From Salpingoeca rosetta (Eukaryota; Protista; Choanoflagellata), in NCBI GenBank assembly GCA_033442325.1, contig JAWQFM010000034.1, positions 376,728 to 440,727 of the forward strand: a stretch of 64,000 nt of DNA. The letters are read 5' to 3'. A program made the translations under genes and the position numbers. The notes beneath the pieces were generated by a model. It made no database searches. It was not told the origin of the DNA and saw only the letters and a list, made by a program, of their open reading frames with translations. Shown one piece after another: positions 32,760 to 55,638 of the stretch (position 1 is its first letter; every line of letters starts with the position of its first letter).

Positions 32760-33141
32760 GGCTGTTGGATTGGTGGTTGGTCTGCGTTTTGTCTTGCTTG
32801 TGGAAGACTGCTGAATGATTTCTGCAAAGATTGTGCCGCGAACTGCTTGAATGGTGGGCTGATGTGAGTGAGCGAGGTTGTGGAGATGCGAGGTGGAAAT
32901 GAGGAGATGCGACTTGGAGTGCTGTTTGCTATTGCTATGCTGCGCTGGCTGGTGCAGTCGCTTTCGCTTCTTCTCTTCGTCCTCTTCCCTTCTTGCCAAG
33001 GTCCTTCCTTCCGTCCGGCTTTCAGAAGCCTTTCAGAGTGTCGCTCAAGCGCTCACGCAGTGTCACATCTCAATAGCAATGTGTTTGTCACCAACAGAAC
33101 AGAACATAACATTGTTCCACCCACGCACACAAGCTCTCTCA

Positions 33142-33225
<84 letters not shown>

Positions 33226-34065
33226 TTCGTCCGCAAAGCAATCTACAACAAGCACAATGGCCTGAAAGTGTGCCAAGGAAGAATGCAGACAGGCTGACGT
33301 CATTCCGTGGTTGGATGCAGCTGCCATTTTTCCTTTCCTTGCTTGCGTTGTTGTGGTGCTGGTGGGCTTATAATGTTTTTCGGTTCGCATTGCAGTGTTC
33401 GAGTGTTACGTTACCGAAATCTTCTACGTCAACGAGGAAGGTCGCATCTATTTTGTTCTTTGCAGCCATGAATCTGTGCGTTTTTTTTTTGTTGTTGACT
33501 CTCTGACTCTTGTGTTGTTGCCGTGGAGCTTCCTGCTCCAAACACTTCCGTGCCAAACACCGTCGCACGTGCTTGTTGGTTTGCGACCTTGAATCGCACC
33601 CACGGCCCTCACAGTATCGCATCATCCTTCAACGCACGTCCTTTCTCTTGTTGTTTGTCGGTGTTGAACAGGAAACCGTCATCGTTGTGTCTTCTCCAAC
33701 GTTGTGTCTGTCATCACCCAGTTGTTTCAGCTGTCTGACATCACTCTCACATCACAACTTTTATTAGCCCATCGGCCTAGCGTGCAATGGGTGCATTTCA
33801 TGACGTCACTGAGTGGTTGGATGCAAACAAACGTGAGATAACACAGGAGCAGAAAAGTCACAGCAACGAGGATTCCAGGATTGTGCACGGCCATTACCCG
33901 GCTGCTGTGCTTTCAAGGAGAGATATTTAAGCAAGGCAAGGCAGAAGAAGTAACACAGCAGCAATAGAACAAGGGTGTGATGTGCAAGGCGCACACTGAC
34001 GGGAGCGTGTCAAGAGACAACTTGCACGTACGTTCAAGATGACAGCAAGAGACAAGGAACAGAGA

Positions 34066-34108
<43 letters not shown>

Positions 34109-34203
34109 TGTGTGTGTGTGTGTGTGTGTGCGTGTGTGTGTGCGTAGATTACAAATCTCCCTCCACCAACAAACATCTCCTCCCCCCTCCCCCCACACAC
34201 ACA

Positions 34204-36001
34204 TCACGTGTTCCTCTTGCGCTTGCCCTGCGTGAGCGCCGCCATCATCTCTGCTGGCGACCGGTTCACCAGAACCGCATTCGGCCACTGCCAGCGCTTG
34301 TCATTGCTGGTGCAGTCACGAATCACCAGGCACGTGACTGAGGTCAACGAGGCCAGGTCGTCAAACGTGCAGTCTTCCAGGATGAGGCGGTGCACATTGT
34401 GGAAGCAGGAGAAGCTCATGATGATGGTGAGCTGCAGTCGACATGTGGACACGTCGCTCACACGCTCAATACACAGCAATCGCTCTAATTTTGCACTATC
34501 GCCTGCGACCTTTGCATCACCACGGCCAGGATCATCACCATCAACGTCGTCATCATCATCACGACCACGACCACGACCACGACCACTCCCACCACCGCTG
34601 CCATCATCATCATCATCACCACCACACCCACCACCGCTGCCATCATCATCACCGTCGCCGTTGGCGCCGCACTGCGCCACTTTGTGTCGCGGATCAGGGC
34701 CCCATCGCAACCTGTGCGGGCCCACGCTCAGCCACGTGATGTGGGAGAAGACCACACTGCCATGACAATCGCAAAGGGTCACGTGGTCACAGTCGCTTAT
34801 TTCGCCGTCAAGCACAACACCAGACATGCGGAGCTGCCTCCGCCCAGAGAGGACGCCCATGTTTGAAGCCCGCACACACCATCCAGTGAGCGAGAGAAGC
34901 GGTATGTGGGACCAGCAGGTGACGGAGACGCCGTCCTCAACAATCGTGTGCAGTTCCTTCACACAGGGTGGCAGCGACGTGGTTTTGGTGCACCTCGCGT
35001 AATCCAGACACATGTACACGTTGTCCGGCACCTGGAACAAGCCGTCCGCCGTAAATTTGTTGGACGGATCGGCCCGAATCACCAGCTTGTCCACACGGTG
35101 CGCTAGATAGGCCAACTCGGCGACGTCTGGGCCGTCACACAGTTGGAGATCAGCCTCTCGGGCGTGCTCAAACCGGGGGAGCTCTGGGCCCAGCGTGTCC
35201 CCATGGACGACGCCCAGCTTGTCGAGTCCCGGAGGGAGCTCTACCGCGAAGTCATCTTCGGCAGCGTTGTGGTCTGGATCAAGCTCGTCAAAGCGCAGTT
35301 CAATGTGGGTGGCGTTTGGAAGGTGCAACGGCGATGGTGCATCCACGAGATGCATGTTGCGCAGGCAAACCCGCTTCGCGTTGAGCGTGCTGGTGACAAG
35401 TGACGAGGAGTTGAGGCACACATCATCCACATCTGCGATAACGGACTGCCCACCCGCTACAATGCCTCCGAACACCAGCTTTTTCAAGGCGGTAAACGGG
35501 GTCAGGTCCATGCCTCGGCATACGGCCACCCTCAGGTCTTGCACGCCGGCAAACAGGCTGAGATCGCTGAGCTTGTTGAAGCCGAAAAGGCTGAGCCCGT
35601 GGACATTTGATACTTCGCCTTGCAGAGCAGTCTGCTCATACATTACGCGGAACCAGCGAACGTGGCCTATGTCATGGAAGGAGATAGTGTTCAGCACACC
35701 GCCCCCCGAGTCCAAAACAAGCGTGTTTGCGCTGCACACTCTCAGCGAGGCCAGGGGTGCAGTCGTGGTGATCTTCACCCTATCTGCACGGACACATGCA
35801 TCATCGCCAACGAGAGTTGAGAAGTGCTCCTTAAAACGGTCAGCATCTGCTTGGCTCTTGAGTGTGACAGTGACATAGAGCAGAGCGGCGCGCGGCTGCT
35901 GCTGTGATTCGCGTATCGCGTCTTCTCGCGGTGTCATCCGCTGTTGCAGCCTGGGTTGCTGCTGCGAGCGCTTGTCATCATGTCGCTGCTTTTCCTCGCA
36001 T

Positions 36002-36050
<49 letters not shown>

Positions 36051-36819
36051 TGTGTTCTTTTTCCTCCCTCGGGTTCTTCCCCTTCTCCCTCAGATCTTTT
36101 TCATCCCAACACGGTTCCTCCCCACCTTCCTCCTCCCCACCCTCTGCCACTGCCCATGTTTCCAGGTCGTGCATGCATGTGAATGCGACGCGGCCGCACC
36201 GGGAAAACTTCAGCCAGAAGTCGTTGTGCCGAATGCTTGCCAACCGTGCTTGCAAGAAAGGGAGGTCGCTCGCCCATGTCACACCAAGCCAAGAGTAGGC
36301 AAGGAAGCGCTCTTCCATCCACGCCGACACAGTGGCGGCGTATCTGGCCGCACTGTCAGTGCAATCATCCTCGGTATCGGTGCCGCCCTTGTCTTCGCCT
36401 GGTGACACCAGCGGGGGAAGAAGCGTGGTCTGGAAAGTGTCCAGCCAATCTTGCACACTGGGGCCGTAGTCTTTGCTCCACGTGTCCTCAGCGTCGTCGT
36501 CTCCCGGTATCACTTCAGCCTGCTGTGAGAGACCTCTGTGAACGTCCAAGGGCTGCTGCCCCATCTTCACTCTCGCCAGCTTCCTCTTGTACTTGTCGTT
36601 GTTCGTTTGAGAGAGCACCGTGGCAAGGCACCACTTTGGCATGGCCCATGGCAGGTCGTGGTACAGTTCACGGCAGGTGAGCATCAAATTGAGGAACGTG
36701 CGTGCCCTGCCACAATCAGCCTTTGCTTTCACGTCAAACACCTCCAGCGTACCCGACGCATCATCGCCAATATTAGTTGCAGACAGGATCCGCGCAGCCA
36801 CCAGCTTCCAGCACTCCAT
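34204..36819 (-). CDS. Intronless protein with F-box-like N-terminus and degenerate leucine-rich repeats
   Basis: ATG 36819 follows a (CA)n tract and the frame is open to TGA 34204. N-terminal WKLVAARIL...FLNLMLTCRELY; LRR-like LSDLSLFAGVQDLRV, LTPFTALKKLVF and FHNVHRLILEDC; acidic insertions; C-terminal KRKR. The domain calls are tentative. Confidence 0.6.
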
Positions 36820-36864
36820 AGTGTGTGTGTGTGTGTGTGTGAGTGTGAGTGAGCGCGCGCGCGT

Positions 36865-36992
<128 letters not shown>

Positions 36993-37122
36993 GTGTCTTC
37001 ATGGCACACCAGCACACCACCCACATCCGGTGCCTTTGCAGAAGTTCATGTATGCCGCTCATAATCTTCCAAACTTGACCCCACGAAAACACGAAAACGC
37101 AACGAACACACGCACCACCACC

Positions 37123-38531
37123 ATGCTGCCACCCTTCTCGCGCCCGTTTGACTTGTGCTGCCTCTTCCCCATCTTGGTGTTGGCATTGGCTGGACAGCAC
37201 GGGCTGTACCTTCACCGTGCATACTGGGCGAGCGATGCGGCGGCTTGGTTGGTGGAAGATGACGCGGGTGCATTCCACGTCAACACGAGCGATCNNNNNN
37301 NNNNNNNNNNNNNNNNNNNNNNNNNNNNNNNNNNNNNNNNNNNNNNNNNNNNNNNNNNNNNNNNNNNNNNNNNNNNNNNNNNNNNNNNNNNNNNTTTTGC
37401 TGAACGGGATGAACGTGGATGCTGCTGTGCAGACAGTCACCGCGCAGCAGAAGCATGCTGGAGGAGTACGATGCGATAACACAGGCACAACAGAGCACAA
37501 TTGATGCCCAGCAGACCACGATTGATGCACAGCTGAGAAGGGTGCGTGCGCTTCGAGGCAAGGTGTGCAAGGCCAGCGCGAGCACACTGGGCGAACAGCT
37601 GGGAACCTCCAAGGACAAGTGGCACGGTGCTGTGCTGGCCAACAACGGCCTCATCTACGCCGCGCCGCACAGCGCAAGTTCTGTGCTCATCATCGACCCC
37701 AGCACCAACGCTGTGGACACCACGACCATCTCTGGATTCGGTGGTGAGCGGTACAAGTGGGCTGGCGCCGTGTTGGCGCACACGGGGCACGTGTACATGT
37801 TTCCGTCGACCAACACCTCAGTGCTCATCATTGATCCGGACACCAACACGGCAGACACCACAAGCATCCACTCGCTCAGCTCCGGCAGCGATGAGAAGTG
37901 GGCGAGTGGCGTTGTGGCAGACAACGGGCTCATCTTTGGCGTGCCGTTTTCTGCCGCCTCCGTGCTGATCATCGACCCCGTGACCAACACCGCAGACACC
38001 ACCACCATGTCTGCCCTTCCTGCGGACACTTACAAGTGGTATGGCGGTGCTCAGGCAGGGAATGGCCTCATCTACTGCATTCCAACGTTTGCGGCCTCGA
38101 TCCTCGTCATCGACCCGCAAACCCTCACGGCCGACGCCACAACGCTGGGCGGCTTTGATGCATCTGTGAAGTGGGCGGGCGCCGTGCTTGCCGGCAACGG
38201 GCTCGTCTACGGCATGCCAGCGCATGCCCCGACGTTGCTGGTGCTTGATCCAGCCACGAATGCCACCAGCACGCTCACCGTCGCTGAGGCGACAAACGAG
38301 GGCAAGTGGGTTGGCGGCATCCTCGCGCCAAACGGCAACATCATCGGCGTCCCAAGCACCTCGTCCGCCGCCCTCATCTTCGACCCCGCCACCAACACCA
38401 CGGACACCACCTCCCTCGATGGTTTGCCTGGCAACTACAGCTGGTATGACGGCGTGCTCGCCCCCAACGGCCGCATCTACGGCATCCCCCGCAACGCGGA
38501 CACCGTGCTCGTCATCGACCCAGGGTGTTGA
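37123..38531 (+). CDS. Secreted coiled-coil + 7-bladed beta-propeller protein (KWxGxVLAxNGxIYxxPxxAxxVLIIDP repeats); spans a gap and an apparent 1-nt frameshift near 37451
   Basis: Seven ~45-aa repeats in ORF 37419-38531. Signal-like MLPPFSRPFDLCCLFPILVLALAG at 37123. The link across gap 37295-37394 is inferred. Confidence 0.7.
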
Positions 38532-39070
38532 CATTGTTGGATGGGGGGAAGCGGGGGAGCGAAGGGGGTTTGGGGAAGCGAATGGGGAGTGAAAGAGAGA
38601 GAGAGAGAGAGAGAGGCGCGGCGGGGGTAGAGTTAGTTTGATAAGTGAGTTATGTTACATGTTACATGACAAAAGTTCGGCGATTACAGTATGTGATGTA
38701 GTTTGCTTGGGTGCCTGCGTGCCTTTCTTGCTGCTTGTTATCCATCTGCTTCTGTTTACACTCGCCAGCTCATGCCACCACCATGGCTGTGTCGTTTGAC
38801 CGAATTAAAACGCCGTCACACACTGTTCCACAGCCCTCCCCAATCCCCTCCACTTCCATCCACACGGCGACCTGCCTTTGCTTGCTTGAGCACATGAGCG
38901 AATGTAAACTTTCGGTTGTATTGGCGACAAACGAGTAACCAAGGGAGCAGCAACAGCGGCAGCAGCAGCAGTAGCGCCACAGCGCAAACACTTGCAACAC
39001 ACAGCGCCACAGCACCACCAACGGACATCACATCCGCAACAATGTCACCACATCCAAACGACCACCACGA

Positions 39071-39725
39071 TCACTCAGCAGCCGGGAAGAGGGTGTTGAT
39101 GGTGGCGCGGAAGGCGGCGGCGTCTGCCGTGCGCGAGAACCACTCCTCCTCTGGCACCTGATCCGGGGACGCAGCGGCAAACACGCCGCCAATGAACGCA
39201 GCGCGCGAGCAGTTGTCACCTGGCCAAGTGTTGTGTGAGTGAGTGAGTGAGTGAGTGAGTGAGTGAGTGAGTGAGTGAGTGAGTGAGTGAGTGAGTGAGT
39301 GAGTGAGTGAGTGAGTGAGTGAGTGAGTGAGTGAGTGAGTGAGTGAGTGTGTGAGTGAGTGAGTGTGTGTGTGTGTGTGTTGCATGCGCGTGTGTGAGTT
39401 GCACGCGTGTTGTTTGTGATGCAAAAACACGCCATGAACAACCGCAACAGCCCCCTCCCCTAAACGCGGACAACCACCACCACCTCACCTCCGAGCTTGA
39501 TGTTGGTCCTGACGGCCTCCTTGAAGGACGACGACTGCAGGATGACGAGGAGAGAGAGCTTGAACGCGCCCGGATACGAGCAGGAGATACCCCACTTCTT
39601 CGACAGCGCTGCAATGTCGCCGTCTGCTTGCAGGATTTTCGTGCGTGCGTGTATGCGTCAATGTGTGTGAGTGAGTGTGTGAGTATATGTGTGTGTACGT
39701 GGGTGAATTGTTGAAGTTGTTGAAG

Positions 39726-39798
<73 letters not shown>

Positions 39799-41579
39799 GT
39801 GAGCGTGTGAGGGTGTGTTTCACTTGAGTGCATGGATGTGCGTGTGTCCATGAGTGTGCGGGCCCGTTTCGGTGCAGATCACCGGACATCAAAGACAGCC
39901 CAAACGATTTCAATAACCAGCAACGTTCACGCCCGTCACACACACACACACACACACACAAGTACACACCTTTGTTTGCGAGGACGTCGGTGATGTCGGC
40001 CTTGGTGGTCGCGTCGAGGCTGTCGGACGACTCCGCCGCCTTGATCGCATCCCCCACCGTCGCCCCGTCAAGCACCTGCTCAGCAGCCGTGCATGCAGGC
40101 AACACGTGTGTAAGGCGGTCGCGTATCGGTTGTGGCGGCCTGTTTCTGCGATTCGGCAGGACCAACGCAAGCAACGAGAGAACAAGCAAACGAACAGCAC
40201 TCTGCACACACACATAACCCCCCCCCCACACACACACACACAGCGCACGTTCTTGGTGATGATGGCGGCAGCGAGGCCATACTGCACGGCGGAGGGGCGG
40301 GACTGCATCAGGGCAACGGCGGCCTTGGCGGTGGCAACAAAGTCGTCTGCCTTGCCAAACGCGGCCGCAATGAGCGGGGCCTTGGCCATACCGTTGGCTG
40401 GTGATCAAGTGTGTTTGTGAGCGTGTGTCAATGTGCGGGCGTGTGTGTCAATGTGTGCGCGTGTGTGTCAATGTGCGCGCGTGTGTCAATGTGTCAGTGT
40501 GTGTGTGTATCAATGTGTGTGTGTGTGTGTGTGTGTGTCAATGTCAAGAAACGGACTTTCGATGACTACCACCACTGCTGTTGCTGCAGTACCGCTTCCG
40601 TCCTACTTGACCGTCCTACTTGACCCTCCCCCTCTCCTCCTGTCTGCTGCGCCTCACCTTGGTTGTCGTCCTTGTCGGCGGTGTCTGGGTAGGTAGCTCC
40701 CTTGGCAGCGTTTGCCTCGAGCGTCTTTGTGACGTGGTTCTTGTACCCTTTCCACGACGCGAAGAACTCGCACATTTCCTTCAGTGTCACACCATGCAAG
40801 GTGGACACGTGTGTGATGGAGACTATGAAGTGAAACTCACACCGAACACAGTGCAAGATGATACGCGAAAGTACGCAAAAAGAACATCAGACAGGCAGAC
40901 AGACAGACAGGCAGGCAGAGAGAGAGAGAGAGAGACAGAGACACACACACACCTACACGCATACACCTACATGTATACACACACCCCTACATGCACACAC
41001 GCACATACGCACACACACACACACCTTTTCGACGGCCTTTGGGTCGAGGGTGCCCTTGTTGGCTGCATCCGTTTTGGCCAGGCCATTCAGCATGGCCACG
41101 TACTCGCCACCATAAGGGGAGAGGTCGCCGACTTTCGCCTGTGCAGATACGCATGAACACGCATATTCTTCTGAGCATGTGCCTATTGACAACTTCACCA
41201 ACAAGACATAACCACCTACATGACACAACCAGCAACCCACACACATCCACACGCAGCCACACACATCCATCTACATGCACCGACACACATCCACCTCCAC
41301 ACAGTCACACACATCCACCTCCACACATCCACCTACACACAGCCACACACATCCACCTTCATACAGCCACGCACACAAAGCATCCCCCTTCCGCTCCCTT
41401 TTCCGCTTGCCAACCTCGTAGAAGGGGCACTGGGGCTTGCTGCAAAACTCTGGCTCATCCACAATGCCGTTCTCCTTCAGGAAGGTGCTCAGCTTTGCCA
41501 CGTCGTACACCCAGTGCAGCGGCGTGGTGGCCGCATCCGACAGCAGCCCTCCGACAACACAAGCCCGACGCGCGCTCAT
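39071..41579 (-). CDS. ADP-ribosylglycohydrolase family protein, J1-crystallin/selenoprotein J-like; about 7 exons
   Basis: Spliced motifs [21 protein letters not shown]|[17 protein letters not shown]|[30 protein letters not shown]|[12 protein letters not shown] and VPEEEW. Confidence 0.8.
39235..39365. repeat. Intronic (GAGT)n microsatellite; representative of many (CA)n, (CT)n, (TTG)n (39727-39797) and (AT)n (48577-48632) tracts
   Basis: Directly visible simple repeats, almost all in introns or intergenic DNA. Confidence 0.9.
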
Positions 41580-41766
41580 CCTTCCTCTGTTCTTGTGTGT
41601 GTGTATTGTTGGCTTCCTTGCAGGCCACTGGACTCGGATTTACGAAAAGTGGCCATTGCATCAACAAAATTCCGTTTATTTGGGTTTGCAAAAGGAAGCA
41701 AAGCAGTTAAGATGGAAACAGAAGAGATGTGCGTGTAGTGTTCCCACAACAACACGCACAAGACAT

Positions 41767-42377
41767 TCACGCGGCTGCAACAGCCTTGACGGCCGGCACG
41801 CCGGTTGGCTTGGGCTTTGCGGTTTGTGGCTGTGGCTTCTTCATCTTTGGGGACGCTGGCGCCTTCTTCTTCTTCTTCATCTTCATCTTCTTGCCATCCT
41901 CGTCCTCGTCGTCATCGTCGTCTTCGTCGTCGTCGCCACCAGAGAGGGCTGCGTCGCCGTCATCCTTGTCGTCATCGTCGTCGTCTCCCTCACCATTGGC
42001 GTTGTCTGGCTGCTCGTCCATGCCCTCCAGGTGTGCGAGGACGTCTGCGCCCTGGTCGGGGGCGGGGGCAACCCAGGGCTCTGCCATGAGCTTCTCCACG
42101 TCCACGCTGTACTTGTCCGTGGGCACGGGCGCCTGCTGTGTGATGCAGTCGAGCAGCCACTTCTCCGAGACCACCTCCTTGCCGCGCACGGCATCGGGCC
42201 CGCCTTTGCACCCGGGCCGGCCAACCACAATGCTCGCAGCAGGCGCACTCCGCGACAGCTGTGGAAGTGGAAGGGGGAAATAGGTGGTGGAGGAAGGTGG
42301 GAGGGGGGAACGCGTGAGAGGGGTGTCAGGGAGAGAGAGAGGGAAGAAAGAGGGGAGGTGTTTGTTAACACACGAAT

Positions 42378-42443
<66 letters not shown>

Positions 42444-42829
42444 CTGCCCGCCGCTGCGGGTGACGAGCGACTGGAGAAACTGGCGGTTTGGTGACGTTTG
42501 TGCGCCAATGTAGACGGTGACGTTCTTTGGGAAGAGCGGGCTGGTGGTGGCGGACGCGGCAAGCCCCTGCCGCCGCTGGCGGGAGATGGCAACGCCAGGG
42601 AAGGTGTCGGCGAGCTCAAACTGGTCCTCGTCGAGCCAGTGGCCAGCCTGCATGCTGCCGTGGATCCAGTCCATCGACACGACCCAGCAGCCGCGGGTGA
42701 TGCCCTCCAGCACCTTGAGCGTGCGCTTGCCGCCAGAGACAACGTGCGTCACCTCGTCCGAAAACGCAGGCAGAATGTCAAACCCGCCCAGCGCCTCAAT
42801 CGTCGCATACGCAACATCCAAATCCCTGC

Positions 42830-42907
<78 letters not shown>

Positions 42908-43991
42908 TGGAGGGGGAAAGGGTGCCGTGGCATTCGTGTGAGTGGCAGATGAACGCAGAGTGAGGTTTGGTGGAAGCAAACCACAGGGCAAGCGAGAACG
43001 CTCAACACATTTCAAACGGCACTCACGCCGCATCGAGTCCGCTGAGAACGACATGACCAAGAATCTGCAAATCAACATGCAAGTTGGGGGGGGGGGGGGG
43101 AGGGTGAATGTCAGCTCGTACGTCCATCCAAACAACAACACAACACAACACAACACAGCACACACACACACACAACAACACAACACAACACAACACAACA
43201 CAACATACCTTGCGCTTCTTGCGTGGGGCGGTGTTGGCGGCGGCCTTTGTCTTCTTGCTCTTGTTGTTCCCTGCCTTGTTCGCGTCGTCGTCCTGCTGCT
43301 CCTCATCGTCGCCGTTGTCGTTCCCGTCGCTGTGTCCGTCCGTCACACTCTTCTTCTTGGTGGCCATCTTCGCCTTTGCCTTGTTGCTGTTGCTGTTGGT
43401 GACGTCCTTGAGCTTTGAGGGCTTGCTGGGCTTTCCCTCTTGCTCCTTCCGGTCCTCGTCCCCACCAGAGCCCTCGCCAGCACTCGCCGCCTTGTGCTCC
43501 GATCCGTCTGCCTCCTCACCCTCTTCCGCACCACCACCACCCTGTTGCTGTTGCTTGGTGGCGGCGGTTGCGTCCTTCTTCTTGCGGCTCAGCAGCTTGC
43601 GCTTCACGGGCGTCTTCTTGCTGCCCTTGCCCTCATCTTTCTCCTCTTGCTGCTGCTGCTGCTGCCCTGTCGCCGCAGCCTCACCACTGTCGTTGCCGTT
43701 GCCGGCTTGCTCCTCGCCCTTCTCTTGCTCTTCCTCGGCGTTGGCGAGGTTGCTGCTGTCCTCCATGTTTGGCGAGTCAAACACGAGCGACGGCTGCCGC
43801 GGAATCGCCGGCGACGCGTGCTCCTCCTCATCAACACCGCCGTTGCTGCCGTTGCCGTGGGCTGGCGTTGCGGGAACACCAGAGGCCATTGGGCTCTCCG
43901 GCACAACAACCGATGCTGCTGTCGATGGTGCCGCCTTGCCACCGCCCGTGGTCGTCGTGGCTTTGGTTGCTGCAGCGCTGTCGCCCACTTG

Positions 43992-44025
<34 letters not shown>

Positions 44026-44817
44026 AAGGCCTGCGTGTCTTCGCAAAGGACCTTGCTGGCGGGCGCCTTTGGGGTGGACTGGGCGCTGGTGGCGGTGCTG
44101 CCAATGGCCTGCGGCTTCATGGACTTGGAGCGCTTGGATGCCGGTGGGGTGGTCTCTGGATCGACAAGGAAGGGCGCCTCGTCCACGCGCTGGCGCTGCT
44201 TGCTGCACTCTTCCACCCACATGACACTGACCAGCCGCACCTCGGGCCGGGCAACAGCCTTGCTCAGCGTCGACTTCTTCCCGTCCTTGAACACCTGTTG
44301 TGGTTGGTTGGTTGGGGGGGGGGGTGGTTTGGAGTGAGCGAGACAAGTGGGGAGTGAGTGAGACACGTGGAGAGTGAGTGAGACGGGTTTGAGAGTGAGT
44401 GAGACACGTGGAGAGGGGGCGAGATGGGAAGAAAAAGCAATTGTGAATGAAATGTTCCCTTCACACACACACAACACACGATTCCCACCCCACCCCAAAC
44501 ACAGACACATACGACGTGGGTGACGGTCTTGGAGAAGGAGGCGACGACGCGGCCGCCAAGCTCCTGGATCTTGGACTGGATGACGGCCTTGCTCTCCGCA
44601 CCTTCGCAGTGCACGTCGATAAAGGCCACCACCCCATACAGCGGGTGGTCAGCATCAGCCTGAACGCATGCACGCATGCGAGTGGATGGCGGTGGTGAGC
44701 GCATTGATCTACAGTACAAGCAACCCAAGGCAAGGCCGAAGCAAGCAACACTGCGTGCGTGCAGCGCCAAAATTGAGGCAGTCACGACTCGACCACCTTC
44801 TTGGGACTGGCAGGCAT
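41767..44817 (-). CDS. MCPH1: Microcephalin-like protein (N-terminal BRCT + C-terminal tandem BRCT)
   Basis: BRCT1 reads LYGVVAFIDV...FSKTVTHV|VFKDG...RLVSVMWVEEC. BRCT2/3 reads VTHVVSGGKRTLKVLEGITRGCWVVSMDWI...GHWLDEDQFEL...ASIVVG...SEKWLLDCIT, closely matching the MCPH1 pattern. The start is uncertain (44817, or an alternative exon at 45422). Confidence 0.8.
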
Positions 44818-44871
44818 GGTGAAATGAAGCGAATTGAAAAGAGGGAAACAAAGCGGGAAGAAGAAGAGAAC

Positions 44872-44931
44872 GCAGGAAACGATGTGGAAAGCAGGAAACG
44901 ATGTGGAAAGCAGGAAACGATGTGGAAAGCA
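44872..44931. repeat. 19-bp tandem repeat (GCAGGAAACGATGTGGAAA)x3 upstream of the proximal MCPH1 ATG
   Basis: Three perfect copies are visible. Confidence 0.85.
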
Positions 44932-45832
44932 GAAGGCAGACAGGAAAAAGAGAGTCGTTTGAGCTGCAGTTGAGATGGCAAGAAAGCAACGCGATAATTG
45001 GCGATATTGGGGGGTTGGTAAGCGTAACACACACCCACAACCAACAACAGCGGCCGACTTGTGGGGATTGGCAGAGTGCGGGAAAATGAACACCAGCCAC
45101 AACTTGTCCAGACAAACAAAGAAAACAAAGTGAAAGAAAGAAGAAGCAAACACACACACACTCACAATGCACGCACACAACAAGGCAACTCGCTGCTTGC
45201 TTGTGCGGCAACTCAGCAAACTCACGCCACCATCACCATCAACAACTTGTCGAAACAAGTCTGCATCTCCAATGCATGCATGTTTGCAAAACAGCCCCAG
45301 AAGTTTTTGCGGGCTCGCTCGAACACGTTCAGACACGCTCCCTCAACACACATGCACATGAACACCAAACACAGCGTCACATCACCACGCACCTGCTTCT
45401 TCTTCTTTGCCGACCGCGGCATGGCGTCCTCCTGGTGTGCTTCCTTGCTTGCTTGCTTGAAGATAGATAGGTGGTGCCGGTGGTTGGTGCCGGTGGTTGA
45501 GGGCGAGCAGACGAAGTGCTCCACGTCCAAGCAAGGCAGTCCTGGCTGTCTCGTGTGTGTATGTGGTTGTGTGTTTGGCGGGAATCACAGTCAAGATGAG
45601 CCGCAACAACAACACTGCTTCAAATGTAACGGCGCGGCGGACGCGTTCAAACTTGCCCGGCCGGTGGATACGAGCGTCAGCGTAGTTTCACTGCGCATCT
45701 GCACTCAAACTGTGTGCGAAACGTAGATTGCTACTGCTTGTGGTGTCACTAAGAACTACGACGACACCAAGCGCAAACGCGACACACAAAGCCATCCGTT
45801 GATGACGAGGCAGAACCAACCAACGAACCAAG

Positions 45833-55573
<9,741 letters not shown>

Positions 55574-55587
55574 CGATGCTCGCTTGC

Positions 55588-55638
<51 letters not shown>

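Noticed and set aside
39071-41579. Selenoprotein with UGA recoding
   Set aside because: The relevant codon is TGC and no in-frame TGA was needed in the spliced model.
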